NCBI GenBank assembly: GCA_964019335.1
Contig: OZ025726.1
Location: 62,001-126,000 of the forward strand
Direction of reading: 5' to 3'
Length of the DNA: 64,000 nt
Source of the DNA: Diplonema japonicum
Lineage: Eukaryota > Protista > Euglenozoa: Diplonemea
Shown here one piece after another: positions 1 through 9,800 of the stretch. Each line of letters begins with the position of its first letter. Within the stretch, counting starts at the first letter, position 1. The notes under the pieces are model-generated. The model did no database searches. It was not told the DNA's origin and worked only from the letters and a program-made list of their open reading frames with translations. Position numbers and translations under genes: made by a program.

Positions 1-1613
1 TTGCATGACCAGACATGTGATGAGAGGATCTCAATGCTCTTCACACGGTACTGCACGTAAGGGGAGAGTAGGTACTCCGAAGCCTCATAGCAGTGCAAAG
101 AGCGCAAGTCCAGCACGCACCGATGTTTCAAAATATGGAACAGAACACCACGCATACCCGAAGGAATGGCAGCAACGGCTCCCTGCTCAGAAGCATGACC
201 CTTTGCCACTGTCCCCCATGCTATCACATCACCCTCTTTGAAAGCCATTTTCATGTTGCCTTCGACACACACCCCTCGGTACAACGCATCAACCTCTGTA
301 GTGCAACACGCTGCGACTGTTGAATGCCACTTCGGCCATACTGAAGGGCACGCAAGTAAGGAACCGTTCCGGAGTGATCCATCCTTGCACTCCCACAGGA
401 GGTCGGAGTGCTCGGCAGTGTAGGCTGCCGTATCGTACCCCACTGTGTCCCACCTTACGAAGGCGTCGATATCCACAGGTTGGCACGTGGCCAACATTGC
501 TGCAAGCAGTTCTGTCATTGACAGTCTGGGATGCATGCACACAACTGCTGAGTTGATACTTAAGGCGTAAGCCACATGAGAGAGTCTCTCTAGTATTTCA
601 TGTGCCTCCGGGCAGCGTATGTTCTGCGAAAGCTCATCAATCACATCCCCCGTGGTACTTAAAAATACACTAGACATGGCAGTTAGGGCTTCTTCATGTT
701 GCTGGGGTGTCAGTATATCAGAGAGGATGCCGGGTGACTCAGCGTTGTGCACCTGTACGCGCTTCTGTAGTTCATTTGCAGCGCCTACCACGGCAGGGAT
801 CCGAGAAGATGCGAGCCGTGCAAAGGCAATCTGTTCCTGTGTCTGGGAAAGTTGCTCGGGGTCCAGACCTTCCGTATCCTCGGCAAGAAGATGGTCAACA
901 CCGTTTGCTGTATGGACAGGAGGTAGTCGTTCAGATCGCGGTACCGAGTGCACTGAATGCAGAGACTGTAGCTGTTCAGAGTGTGTGGAAGAATCCCTAT
1001 AACTGCGTGTGAGGCCTGTGGTGTCGTTGGGCGACAGAGATGGGATGGACTCCTGCTGGCACATGCTGGAAATGGTGTCCGGTATGGTGGCTGTCCTGGC
1101 AAGTGGTGAGAACGCTTGCTTTCCCCCGAACAACATGTCGATGAGTGCAGTTTCGCTTATGTTGCTTGTAAAGCTGGAACCTCTTGGCATGAGGGGGCGG
1201 TTGAGAGACGCCGACACAGTAGCCTCCATACCCTGTACAAGGGTGATGGTCTTCTTCCATGTCTGTCCATTGCAGGCAGAAGGGTTGAAGCTCATGGTCC
1301 CAGCTCCTAGAACACGTCCGTCTTGTAGGATGAAACTTAGCATGACCTGCACAGTTTGTGCCTCGTCATCTACGTGCAAAATAAAAGGTTTATGCATCTT
1401 GCCGCTCACCAGCCCGCGCCCTCCTGCTGCGATATTAGCTGACATTCTTACGTTGCTGCTACTTTCCATGCCGCTCAACCTCTCCATCATCACCCTCAGA
1501 ACAGACCCCTTGTCTTCTACACTCCCAACCTCTGATCCCCGCCCATCCATCCCGTTCAAGCGCCGCACCAGCTCCTCCTCCGCGATGCTGCTCTCGCTTA
1601 CCATGCTTGTCAT
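1..1613 (-). CDS. Hypothetical protein (3'-truncated by the window edge) with a divergent ADP-ribosyltransferase (ART/R-S-E-type)-like domain
   Basis: Manual translation from ATG at 1613 (MTSMVSESSIAEEELVRRL...) stays open to position 1. It is absent from the ORF track because there is no stop inside the window. The last ~100 codons read LYRGV..FKEGDVIAWGTVAKGH..GVLFHI..LDLRSLHCYEASEYLLSPYVQYRV, matching the ART layout. Confidence 0.75.
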   Translation of the reverse strand, partial: MTSMVSESSIAEEELVRRLNGMDGRGSEVGSVEDKGSVLRVMMERLSGMESSSNVRMSANIAAGGRGLVSGKMHKPFILHVDDEAQTVQVMLSFILQDGRVLGAGTMSFNPSACNGQTWKKTITLVQGMEATVSASLNRPLMPRGSSFTSNISETALIDMLFGGKQAFSPLARTATIPDTISSMCQQESIPSLSPNDTTGLTRSYRDSSTHSEQLQSLHSVHSVPRSERLPPVHTANGVDHLLAEDTEGLDPEQLSQTQEQIAFARLASSRIPAVVGAANELQKRVQVHNAESPGILSDILTPQQHEEALTAMSSVFLSTTGDVIDELSQNIRCPEAHEILERLSHVAYALSINSAVVCMHPRLSMTELLAAMLATCQPVDIDAFVRWDTVGYDTAAYTAEHSDLLWECKDGSLRNGSLLACPSVWPKWHSTVAACCTTEVDALYRGVCVEGNMKMAFKEGDVIAWGTVAKGHASEQGAVAAIPSGMRGVLFHILKHRCVLDLRSLHCYEASEYLLSPYVQYRVKSIEILSSHVWSC

Positions 1614-1789
1614 TGCTTGCTAACAACCCTTTCACATATATTATTTGCTCTATTCCTAAATGGTAAAATGCGTATTTGCAGCAATACGAAGCTAAAGGGC
1701 AATAAATCTACAAGGGGGGGGGGGGGGGGGTATTAACGAAGATACTTCTTCTTCGAATATATTCTTTTAAAAAAGTGTTTCTATGTCGG

Positions 1790-4700
1790 CTAGTTATATG
1801 GTAGTAGGTGGTTCCGCGACACGACACGTGTTCCTGGTAGGGGAGCCCGTGGGGAGGGTGGCTGGATCGTGATGGCAGGCGTGTGGGGGGGTCGGCAAAC
1901 AAGCTTTGGGACGGTAGGGGAAGAGAGAGTGATCATTGCCGGTGGTAGAGATGTCACATATCTGGGACGTGAAACACGTGTTTTAGTACTAGCAAAACGA
2001 GCCAACCTGACCCAGTATCGAGCAGCAAGTACCCGGGACATCGCGAGTTGCAAGGTGCCCGCCATCCCAGAGCGTTGTTGCATCCGGCAAACAATCACCA
2101 GAGCAGAAGCAACAGCAGAAGCAATAGCTGCTGCCGTCTTTCTTTTCCGCCTGACAGAGACCTTCACAAGACTCTGAATGCACTTCGCTGCACCATCTTC
2201 CACTGCCTGACCACCAACCCTGTTTCTATACAGGCTCATCGCTCGCATGGTTGCCCCATCCACCTCAACCCTTTTCGTAGAGATCTTCTTGCCCACGCCC
2301 ACTCCGTCCAGCCACCATTTTGGTGCCGTCAATACACACGCCTCCTCCCACGCGAGTCTGTCCTTTCTTCGCTCGCATTTCATTTTCCATATTCCATATA
2401 TGCTCCTTGCTGCGTTTAGTCTCATTGCTTTCCTGTACTCTATGCCCACACGCCACTTCCTGAAACACCTCTTAAGAGATGTCTTTTTCCGCCCTAAGAA
2501 TGCTCTTATATGCCTCTGAATGGACTTTGCTGCATCCGACCGGAACATGCTCTGTTCCTGGTAACCAATCAATCGCACGAAGGCACTGCGTAAGACTCGT
2601 TCCTGAGAGCGAGCTAACATCAACAGCAACAACGCGTGATACTTGGCCGAGGCCCTCCTGAGGGAGACTGCGGCCACGCAACAGGCAGCGCTGACTGCTG
2701 CTTTGTTGGCACTGAGGACTGTTGGGAGCCCAGACCACATCCAAAAGAAGATCGAGAGCTGTTGCTGGTTTGACCGATCCAGCAAAGCCCATGCCGTGGT
2801 GGATCGCCAGCATGCCCTCAGGGTTGTAACAATACTTGCAGCACATGCAGCCATTCTAGCAGCTTTGGAATGAATCGCTGCTCTATGTTCCTTGTACGCA
2901 CATTGGATCTTCAAAGCAGAAGCCTCCTCGACACCAAGCAGCACCTCAGCAGTGATCGTTTCCTGACCGCGCTCCCTAAACCTCCTCTGCAGCTGCACGA
3001 AACCCCTCATTTCGTCTAGCCCAACATATACTGTGTCTCCATTTGCTGTTTTGAACGGTTCACATGAAGCATCTAACGAGTCACGTGGCTTGCCCCTCGC
3101 CCCACGCCCTCTGCGGTAAGAGCGCTGGATCACTGCGGCTGCCTGGCCCCTCTGTGTCCTGCTCTTGATCAAGAAGTTGCGGGATGCTGTTTGAATCATA
3201 GTTGTGGCTATGAGCCACTTTGCAGCAGCCGTAAAACCCCCGCTACTGCTACCTTGTGACACATGTCCCTTGGTTTCGACTTGCGTTCCTGCCTCTCTTG
3301 AAACAGCAAAAACGGGGACCTGTGGTGACGCAATCGTGGCTGTTGTCAGTGTCGTGGCATGTAGTTCAACAGAGACAAGCGGGGGGGTTGAGGCGACGGG
3401 CTTTTTGCACTTCAAACTCTTCAATTTGCTCGTCACAGAAACGGCACTGATGTCTGCCACGTGCTTGAGCTGCTCTTGGATGGACTGTACGGGAGAAAGT
3501 GAAGCCTGCTCAGCTGGCCTAGCCTTCTCAGAAGGTATATTCGTCCGGGTGGGTGCTGTTGTGTTAGGACTGTGTCGCCCTTCGCTTGGCGAGGGGGGTG
3601 CTGAAACATTTAGGGAAACTGGGGTGGGTGCTTGTGTGACCGTCGAATCACTACGTGCAGGTGCACTAACTTTCACTGGCACCAGCTGCGGTGCACAGTG
3701 GCTTCTTGCAAGTTCTTGCGCATGGCTGGGCGAAGGTGAGGGTGTACTGTCTTTCGCAACAGGCACAAGCTGAATAGCAGACCGTCCCCTTGCATGCCTT
3801 GGGACAAGCTGGGGGGTCGGCGTTAGAATCGGTCGCTGATGCCCCTGTCCATGTCCTGGTGTCTCGGCAACTTGGAACTCAACGGGAAACAGCTGAGGTG
3901 CCTCACTGTTCAAGGCAGAGACAAGCTGAGGGGAAGGTGTTCCCACAGGAGGTGTAACATGAAGCGTCTGACTGTCGATCTGAAACAAGCTTGACGGTGG
4001 TTTTTGCACGACTTCAACTTGGGAAACGGGAACAAGCTGCGGAGCATTATCAGCGGGTGTCAATAGCCTCTGGTGTTTCCATATACTGCCAGAGCCTTGG
4101 GGTAGTGGCAAAGCGTCCACAGTGACTGGAATGAGTGCTACTTGAGGTTCTTTGCTGGTTACCAATTTGCTCTCTTGTTCGAGTAGGACAGTATGCGAAG
4201 AAGGTACAGTATCCGACACCTTTTGAGGGGTAGATGTGGCTGCACCGTTCACCGGCAGCAGCTGTGGCTGTCGTTCCGTGTAATTAGGCTTGAGAGGCTT
4301 TGGGGTGTGAGGTGATTGTGTTTGTTTGCTTGTCTGCATTGCCGATATGTGTTCAGTCTGTACCGGCACTGTGGCACACGGAGCCACCTTAATGTGCTCA
4401 GCTTGGTTCAACCGTGTTGGGGTTTCGGTTATTTGCGTACCTGGAGCCGGTTTGGCGTCGTGTTGAATGCTCTGCTTCTTAATCTCGGGGCTACTTGTTG
4501 CTTCGTCCAACGTCTCAATCACGCCCTGCAAGGTTTTGTCTATCTCCGGTTCGGAAAGTACACCTTGCAGTTTGGGCGAGTCGAAGTCCTCCAACTCGCT
4601 GGGAATTGTGGTGCACGAGAGCAGCTCATCAACCACAGGAGCTCTTGCTGTCTCCGATGCAGGTTTATAAATGTTATTCATGCTCTCACCCCAAGTCTGA

Positions 4701-6745
4701 ATTCTGTGCAGCAAAGCGTTGAACTCAGGGAGGTGGCCCAGGTGTTCGTACTGCGCGAGCATTTTAACCTTCAGGGCATCCCTGATGAACGCAGACTGGT
4801 CGATCAGTTCCTTCCTAGAAATCAGAAAGACACGCTCAAGCTGTCGGTACTTCAAACCCTTGTACCACTGTTGTATACTGGCTGCCGCATGACGCTTGGT
4901 CCTTCTCCGATGAATGTGCCGTTTGATGTTCTGCTGCCTTGACAGCGCTTCAATGGCATTGCGGATGGTGCGTGAAGCATGTCCTCTTGTAACGTGCTCC
5001 CTATTAAGACTCATCCTTACCACGGCCGACTTAGACACTGAACTGATCGTGGTGGCGGCCTTCTTCCTGACTAAGAGAGAATAAAGCCCACGCCTTGTAA
5101 AGTACCCCGCCGCCGCACAACGAAGTCTGCTGGCTGCACTAAGAGCGCGTTGCTTGCAGCATTGCTGTCTCACGATCAGCCCCTTGCCCAGCTTCTGTAC
5201 CACGCATAAGTGTGCCTTCATATGTGAATCAAAGCACAGCGTGCGCCGAGATAGGAAACCTCGACCTGCGGCTTGCAAAAGCAAAGCTGCTTTCCGTTTG
5301 ACACGCAGCTTCCGTCTTACGAAGCACTGTATTACGTAAGTAGCCCGTTTCAACCACCGTAGATAGCGCCTCTCGCCATGCCCCTTCCAACCTGCTTTTA
5401 TAATTCCGGCGCAGTGGTGCATCATAGCTACCGTCTTCCTAGCTCTATGGCCACGGAATGCGGATTGAATCTTCGTCGCAGCTGCTATTCTGTGTAGTCT
5501 ACGCATCTGGCACCTTGCGCTGCAGGCCCTTCCCGTAGATTGAAGCCTCTTAAGCGCCCGCTTAGATACGATTCTTTTCCGTATTTTAAGGAATCGCCTG
5601 ATGTAGCGTTGCGCCGTGATGACGACCCGTTCCAGTTCTTTCTTTATGAATGTCGTCGCCACCTTGTACTCCCCGTAGCACTGCACGGGCACATCGATGG
5701 GGCTCTGGTTCGCAGCCGACTCAAGGGGATGCAATTTGGAGAAGTGGGATGGGGTCACGGTAGAAAATGTTCCTGTGTGCTTGAGGGGGTGAGGCTTGTA
5801 CACCCAAAGGGAGGTGATGAGGAAAGGGTTGTAGCGCGGCTCAAGGCCCAACAGATAGACAAGAGGCTGCCTACGGAACACCTGCTCGTCGACGTCGTAC
5901 GTGATCTGAAGCAGGATGTTGGCGCCCTTGTACCTGAAGCACCGCTTGTTAGATTCGTGCAACCACTGTCCTACATGTTGCACGATGGACAACGTTGCTT
6001 CACGCAGATTCGAGACGATCTCCTTGAGCTCCACCCTCAGCAGCTCAAAGGACTGCGCCGACCGCAGGTGCTGCTTGCTACGTACACCACCATACGTTTT
6101 CTCGGTATCCAAACTCAAACCCCAGACCTTATATCTTGCAGCCAGGGACTGAAGGGATGCAACGCAATGCTGTCGAACCTCGATAGCCCCACCGATCGAG
6201 GTGATAATCTGCTTCTGCTTAACAAGCTTCGCAACGTGCACGTTCAAGATGTGATAGTCCTCTGGACGCTCATGGATGAAGTTTGTTTGTCGGATCCGCT
6301 CGCGCTGGTGCTCAGGGGTGCCTACTGCTTCCCAGAGCGTCTCAATCTTCACCTTGAGAGAGTGGTAGGGGTCTGCTATGGGAACAGGGCGCACCACCCC
6401 AGTACTCTTCGGCACATTGAGAACCGACCATTCACTGGTGTTGCCGGCGTATGTGTCGGCTCTGATTGGAGAGACAGATAAGACACTGTTTTCCTGTTTC
6501 AACACAGTGTTGTTGTCGCTGGCTCTATGAACGCCTGCACCCATTCCCCTCAATGCCTTTGCCGCTGCGTGTTTCAACTCTACCTTCGTCCTGGGCGTCC
6601 CATACACGCTACTCCCTTCGTCACTTACTTGCCACTCTTTCCTGTACCTGCCCCTCTTCACCCCGTCAAACATCCTGTACCCTGCATCCTTCGGAGGCAC
6701 TGGCCGGTACGAGTGTTGTGCAGGGTTACTGTACACTGCGCTCAT
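1790..6745 (-). CDS. Large IQ-motif (calmodulin-binding) protein, 1651 aa, apparently intronless
   Basis: Long ORF with many IQ/IQ-like motifs (AATKIQSAFRGHRAR, AASIQQWYKG, AAVIQRSYRR, AAKSIQRHIRAFLGR) in two clusters separated by a Pro/Ser/Thr-rich linker. Confidence 0.85.
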   Translation of the reverse strand: MSAVYSNPAQHSYRPVPPKDAGYRMFDGVKRGRYRKEWQVSDEGSSVYGTPRTKVELKHAAAKALRGMGAGVHRASDNNTVLKQENSVLSVSPIRADTYAGNTSEWSVLNVPKSTGVVRPVPIADPYHSLKVKIETLWEAVGTPEHQRERIRQTNFIHERPEDYHILNVHVAKLVKQKQIITSIGGAIEVRQHCVASLQSLAARYKVWGLSLDTEKTYGGVRSKQHLRSAQSFELLRVELKEIVSNLREATLSIVQHVGQWLHESNKRCFRYKGANILLQITYDVDEQVFRRQPLVYLLGLEPRYNPFLITSLWVYKPHPLKHTGTFSTVTPSHFSKLHPLESAANQSPIDVPVQCYGEYKVATTFIKKELERVVITAQRYIRRFLKIRKRIVSKRALKRLQSTGRACSARCQMRRLHRIAAATKIQSAFRGHRARKTVAMMHHCAGIIKAGWKGHGERRYLRWLKRATYVIQCFVRRKLRVKRKAALLLQAAGRGFLSRRTLCFDSHMKAHLCVVQKLGKGLIVRQQCCKQRALSAASRLRCAAAGYFTRRGLYSLLVRKKAATTISSVSKSAVVRMSLNREHVTRGHASRTIRNAIEALSRQQNIKRHIHRRRTKRHAAASIQQWYKGLKYRQLERVFLISRKELIDQSAFIRDALKVKMLAQYEHLGHLPEFNALLHRIQTWGESMNNIYKPASETARAPVVDELLSCTTIPSELEDFDSPKLQGVLSEPEIDKTLQGVIETLDEATSSPEIKKQSIQHDAKPAPGTQITETPTRLNQAEHIKVAPCATVPVQTEHISAMQTSKQTQSPHTPKPLKPNYTERQPQLLPVNGAATSTPQKVSDTVPSSHTVLLEQESKLVTSKEPQVALIPVTVDALPLPQGSGSIWKHQRLLTPADNAPQLVPVSQVEVVQKPPSSLFQIDSQTLHVTPPVGTPSPQLVSALNSEAPQLFPVEFQVAETPGHGQGHQRPILTPTPQLVPRHARGRSAIQLVPVAKDSTPSPSPSHAQELARSHCAPQLVPVKVSAPARSDSTVTQAPTPVSLNVSAPPSPSEGRHSPNTTAPTRTNIPSEKARPAEQASLSPVQSIQEQLKHVADISAVSVTSKLKSLKCKKPVASTPPLVSVELHATTLTTATIASPQVPVFAVSREAGTQVETKGHVSQGSSSGGFTAAAKWLIATTMIQTASRNFLIKSRTQRGQAAAVIQRSYRRGRGARGKPRDSLDASCEPFKTANGDTVYVGLDEMRGFVQLQRRFRERGQETITAEVLLGVEEASALKIQCAYKEHRAAIHSKAARMAACAASIVTTLRACWRSTTAWALLDRSNQQQLSIFFWMWSGLPTVLSANKAAVSAACCVAAVSLRRASAKYHALLLLMLARSQERVLRSAFVRLIGYQEQSMFRSDAAKSIQRHIRAFLGRKKTSLKRCFRKWRVGIEYRKAMRLNAARSIYGIWKMKCERRKDRLAWEEACVLTAPKWWLDGVGVGKKISTKRVEVDGATMRAMSLYRNRVGGQAVEDGAAKCIQSLVKVSVRRKRKTAAAIASAVASALVIVCRMQQRSGMAGTLQLAMSRVLAARYWVRLARFASTKTRVSRPRYVTSLPPAMITLSSPTVPKLVCRPPHTPAITIQPPSPRAPLPGTRVVSRNHLLPYN

Positions 6746-6894
6746 TTTGTGTCATTTTTGATGGGGTAGTGTGCTGTTCCCCTGTGGTACACTTTGTGCA
6801 GGTAGAGGAATGTACTTAAGAAATCGAAGAATGAACTGGCAAAAAAAAAAAGAAGAAGCAAAGGCGCAGTGTAAACTGGCTAACAAAAGCACGG

Positions 6895-9800
6895 CTACCT
6901 CAGGGAAGGCAGCCTCCCGGTACTCCTCCGGGTTGTGTACTTGCGGTATTCAGCTGCACCATCTAATGGCAGCATGGAGTCCGACTGGCGGCGCTTGGTC
7001 TTGAACGGCTCTGTCAGAGACTGAATCAGGATGAAGATGCTGCAGCAATGGCCTATGATGGAGCGGAGGGCTTTCTTAGGGTGGAAGTTAGACTCGTCTT
7101 TTTGGATGTGTTTGATGAAGTCGTCCGGACGGCGCGACTTCCCAGAGCTCTTCTTGTCTATTCGCAGCCATTTGTTGCAGAAGTCCAAGTCTCCCGTGAT
7201 CACACCGTCATGACCGTGGTACACTGCAAGGCATTCCGAAAAGGAACGCACGTGCTGGTGAGCAGCTTTGAGCTCTTTCAATGCTGCTCTGTAGTGTTCC
7301 ATTTCTGCTTCTAGGATCTGCGCTCTCTCTTCCCAGTTGATGGAGTCGCTTTCAGCAAGTGGAAGCCAAGCTGTCGCGTTGCTGAGCAGAACATCGTGCC
7401 CCACGTCCACAACACCAGTATCCGAGTGGAACTGTGTGTCTTCACAGAGCATAAGGACCTTCTCTACTTCGCTTAAACACCTTATCACCCCACCCGATAC
7501 TTTGAACTGCTTGTCCCTTTCCTTACATAGCGAACCATGTATTTCTTGTATTTTTGCTGCCTGCTCGCGTTCGTTATTGCCAGCCGCGGCTATCCTGAGG
7601 GCATGCCTGTCGCAAGCCTCTGTGCTCCTTCTCACTGCTGCTAACACTTCCTTTTCGGCACAAATTGGATCATTCTCTGAATTGCTAGGAGAAGCACTTC
7701 CTGTGCACAGGATCTGCATAATAGTCTCCTGCTGCCCATCAACCACAATGTCGCAAACACATGCTGTCGACACTTCCTCGTGAATGTCACTGCAAACCTT
7801 TTCCAGCACGAGGATCTCGCCTCCCCTCGCAGAGATGCAGAGCAGGACGGGCAGTTGATAAGAAGCAGACTCATAAATGGTGCCCCCTGTTAGGGGTGTG
7901 AAGTCGCGGTGACACGTCAGATCCGCAACCGTGTGGATACCGATTGCTAGGCGCGGGCTAAGCACACCGTTAGCACTGCGAAGCTCCGACGCGTTAGCTA
8001 GGGAAGCGGGGACTGATATCTCTGTCATAGCTGCTTGCAGTTGTACCGCCCAGTTCACAGCGCGCTGCATGGATGTGAACAGCCACAAAGATCGCGACTG
8101 CCGCTCGTCCTCCGCAGCTATATCCAGCAGTCTCAAGGCGGTGACCCCATGGTGCTCCACGGCGCTCGTCTCTATCGTATTGCTGATACGATCAAACAAC
8201 TTGTCGACATCGGCATAAGGCAGATACTGGCGCAGAGCTCCTTGTCCTTCCACTCTCACGCAGACACAGGCGGATGCCTGAAACGACAGACCGGCACTCG
8301 GCCGTGCGTCCGTGTCTAGGGGCTCCCTCTCGAGTATACTCGTCCGTGCATGGAGCTCAGTGGGTGTTATCCTGTACAATGCAATGGACTTGGGTAGTGT
8401 GCTGTATGCATTGGTGAACGAGGATCTCCTGTCACTCACATCATGGACAGCAAGACTTCCGAAAGGAGACAGTAGCATGTCAAGCTTGGAGCCCAAGTGG
8501 CTATGGACGGACTCCGTGCACAAAACCTCACCCCCTACTGCCTTCTGATGTGCTAGCGCAGCTAAATTAACGCCCTTGCCGGCGGCCATTGGCCTTCCGG
8601 TGCTAGGATCAGTGATAAATCTTGTGCTAGAGGCCTGAGCGCAGTCCACTCCCATCCGCAGCCTCAGTCCGTTGAACTTATGAAGGGGGTCCCTCTTGCT
8701 GTCGGCAAAAGTATGAATCTCAGCAGGCCATGTAAGTTTTGAGGCCTCCAGCTGCACTGCAGAGCACCACAGCACCGCTCTTCGCACGTTAGTGAACAGC
8801 ACAAGGTTCGCATCTCCACAGCAGCCCACACGCACACCTCGATACTTCCTGCAGTTGCTTACAATGCAGTCAACCACTATCTTGAGAGCAGTGACGAACG
8901 CCGTACTGGTCTCTTTCAAATACTTGGATCCCTGCACGTCGAGCACCACAAAGACATGCAAGCAGCCCTTAGGTACTTTGAAGAGACTCGTAAGTACCAT
9001 CTGCTTCCTGATGAACGCGTCATAGTCTATGGACCTGCATGACTCGTCGGGATTCAGGTTGAAGGTATTGTTCTTCTCGGGTGACTGTCTCTGTACACCT
9101 TTGGTCGTCTGTGCCCTCAAGCGCACCTGTAGTGCCTCTAATTCGGCGGTTTTAGCGTTCAGCTCGTTCTCGTGTGTTCTCACCTTCCGCTGTGTGTCTT
9201 GGAGCTCTTTTTCCACTTCCGACTGGCTTGAGTCCTTGCCGTAGCTCCGTGTGAGGTACGAAGCCCTACACTTCAGCATGTCGTTGCTGGCGCAGTAGTA
9301 ATTCACTGTAGTAGGTCCTACAACAGCACACCGAACCGAAACAAAAGAAGGGTGCCCTGCCCTAGGGCATGACTCGATCCCATCGGCCTGCAGCAGCTTT
9401 GTTGTATACTCCGAAACCAACACCTCACCTCCCATCGCAAGGGATGCGCCTGCCACTGCGAAGGAGACTTCAGGACCGAAGTAGTGACACCGCCCAGTGA
9501 GGCAGCTGACGGTATTGGTCGTAATACACGTGTGCAACCCGATGCACACACGAAGACCCCTGAATACCACCACACCACCCGCTTTGATAGTGCCGGCAGC
9601 TGCGTGGTGTCGCAGCTCCTCCTCCCAGTTGCAGTAGGTGAGAGTCTGCTGCAGTTGCAAGGACCACTGCAACGCATTCGTGTGGGACTCGAATACCGCC
9701 ATGAAACTACTGTCGACGCACTTGCACTCGTAGCCATTGTGCTCTTTTAACACCCGACGTGCTTCGTCCATGCACAACGCTAGAGCACGCCGTGCAAGCA

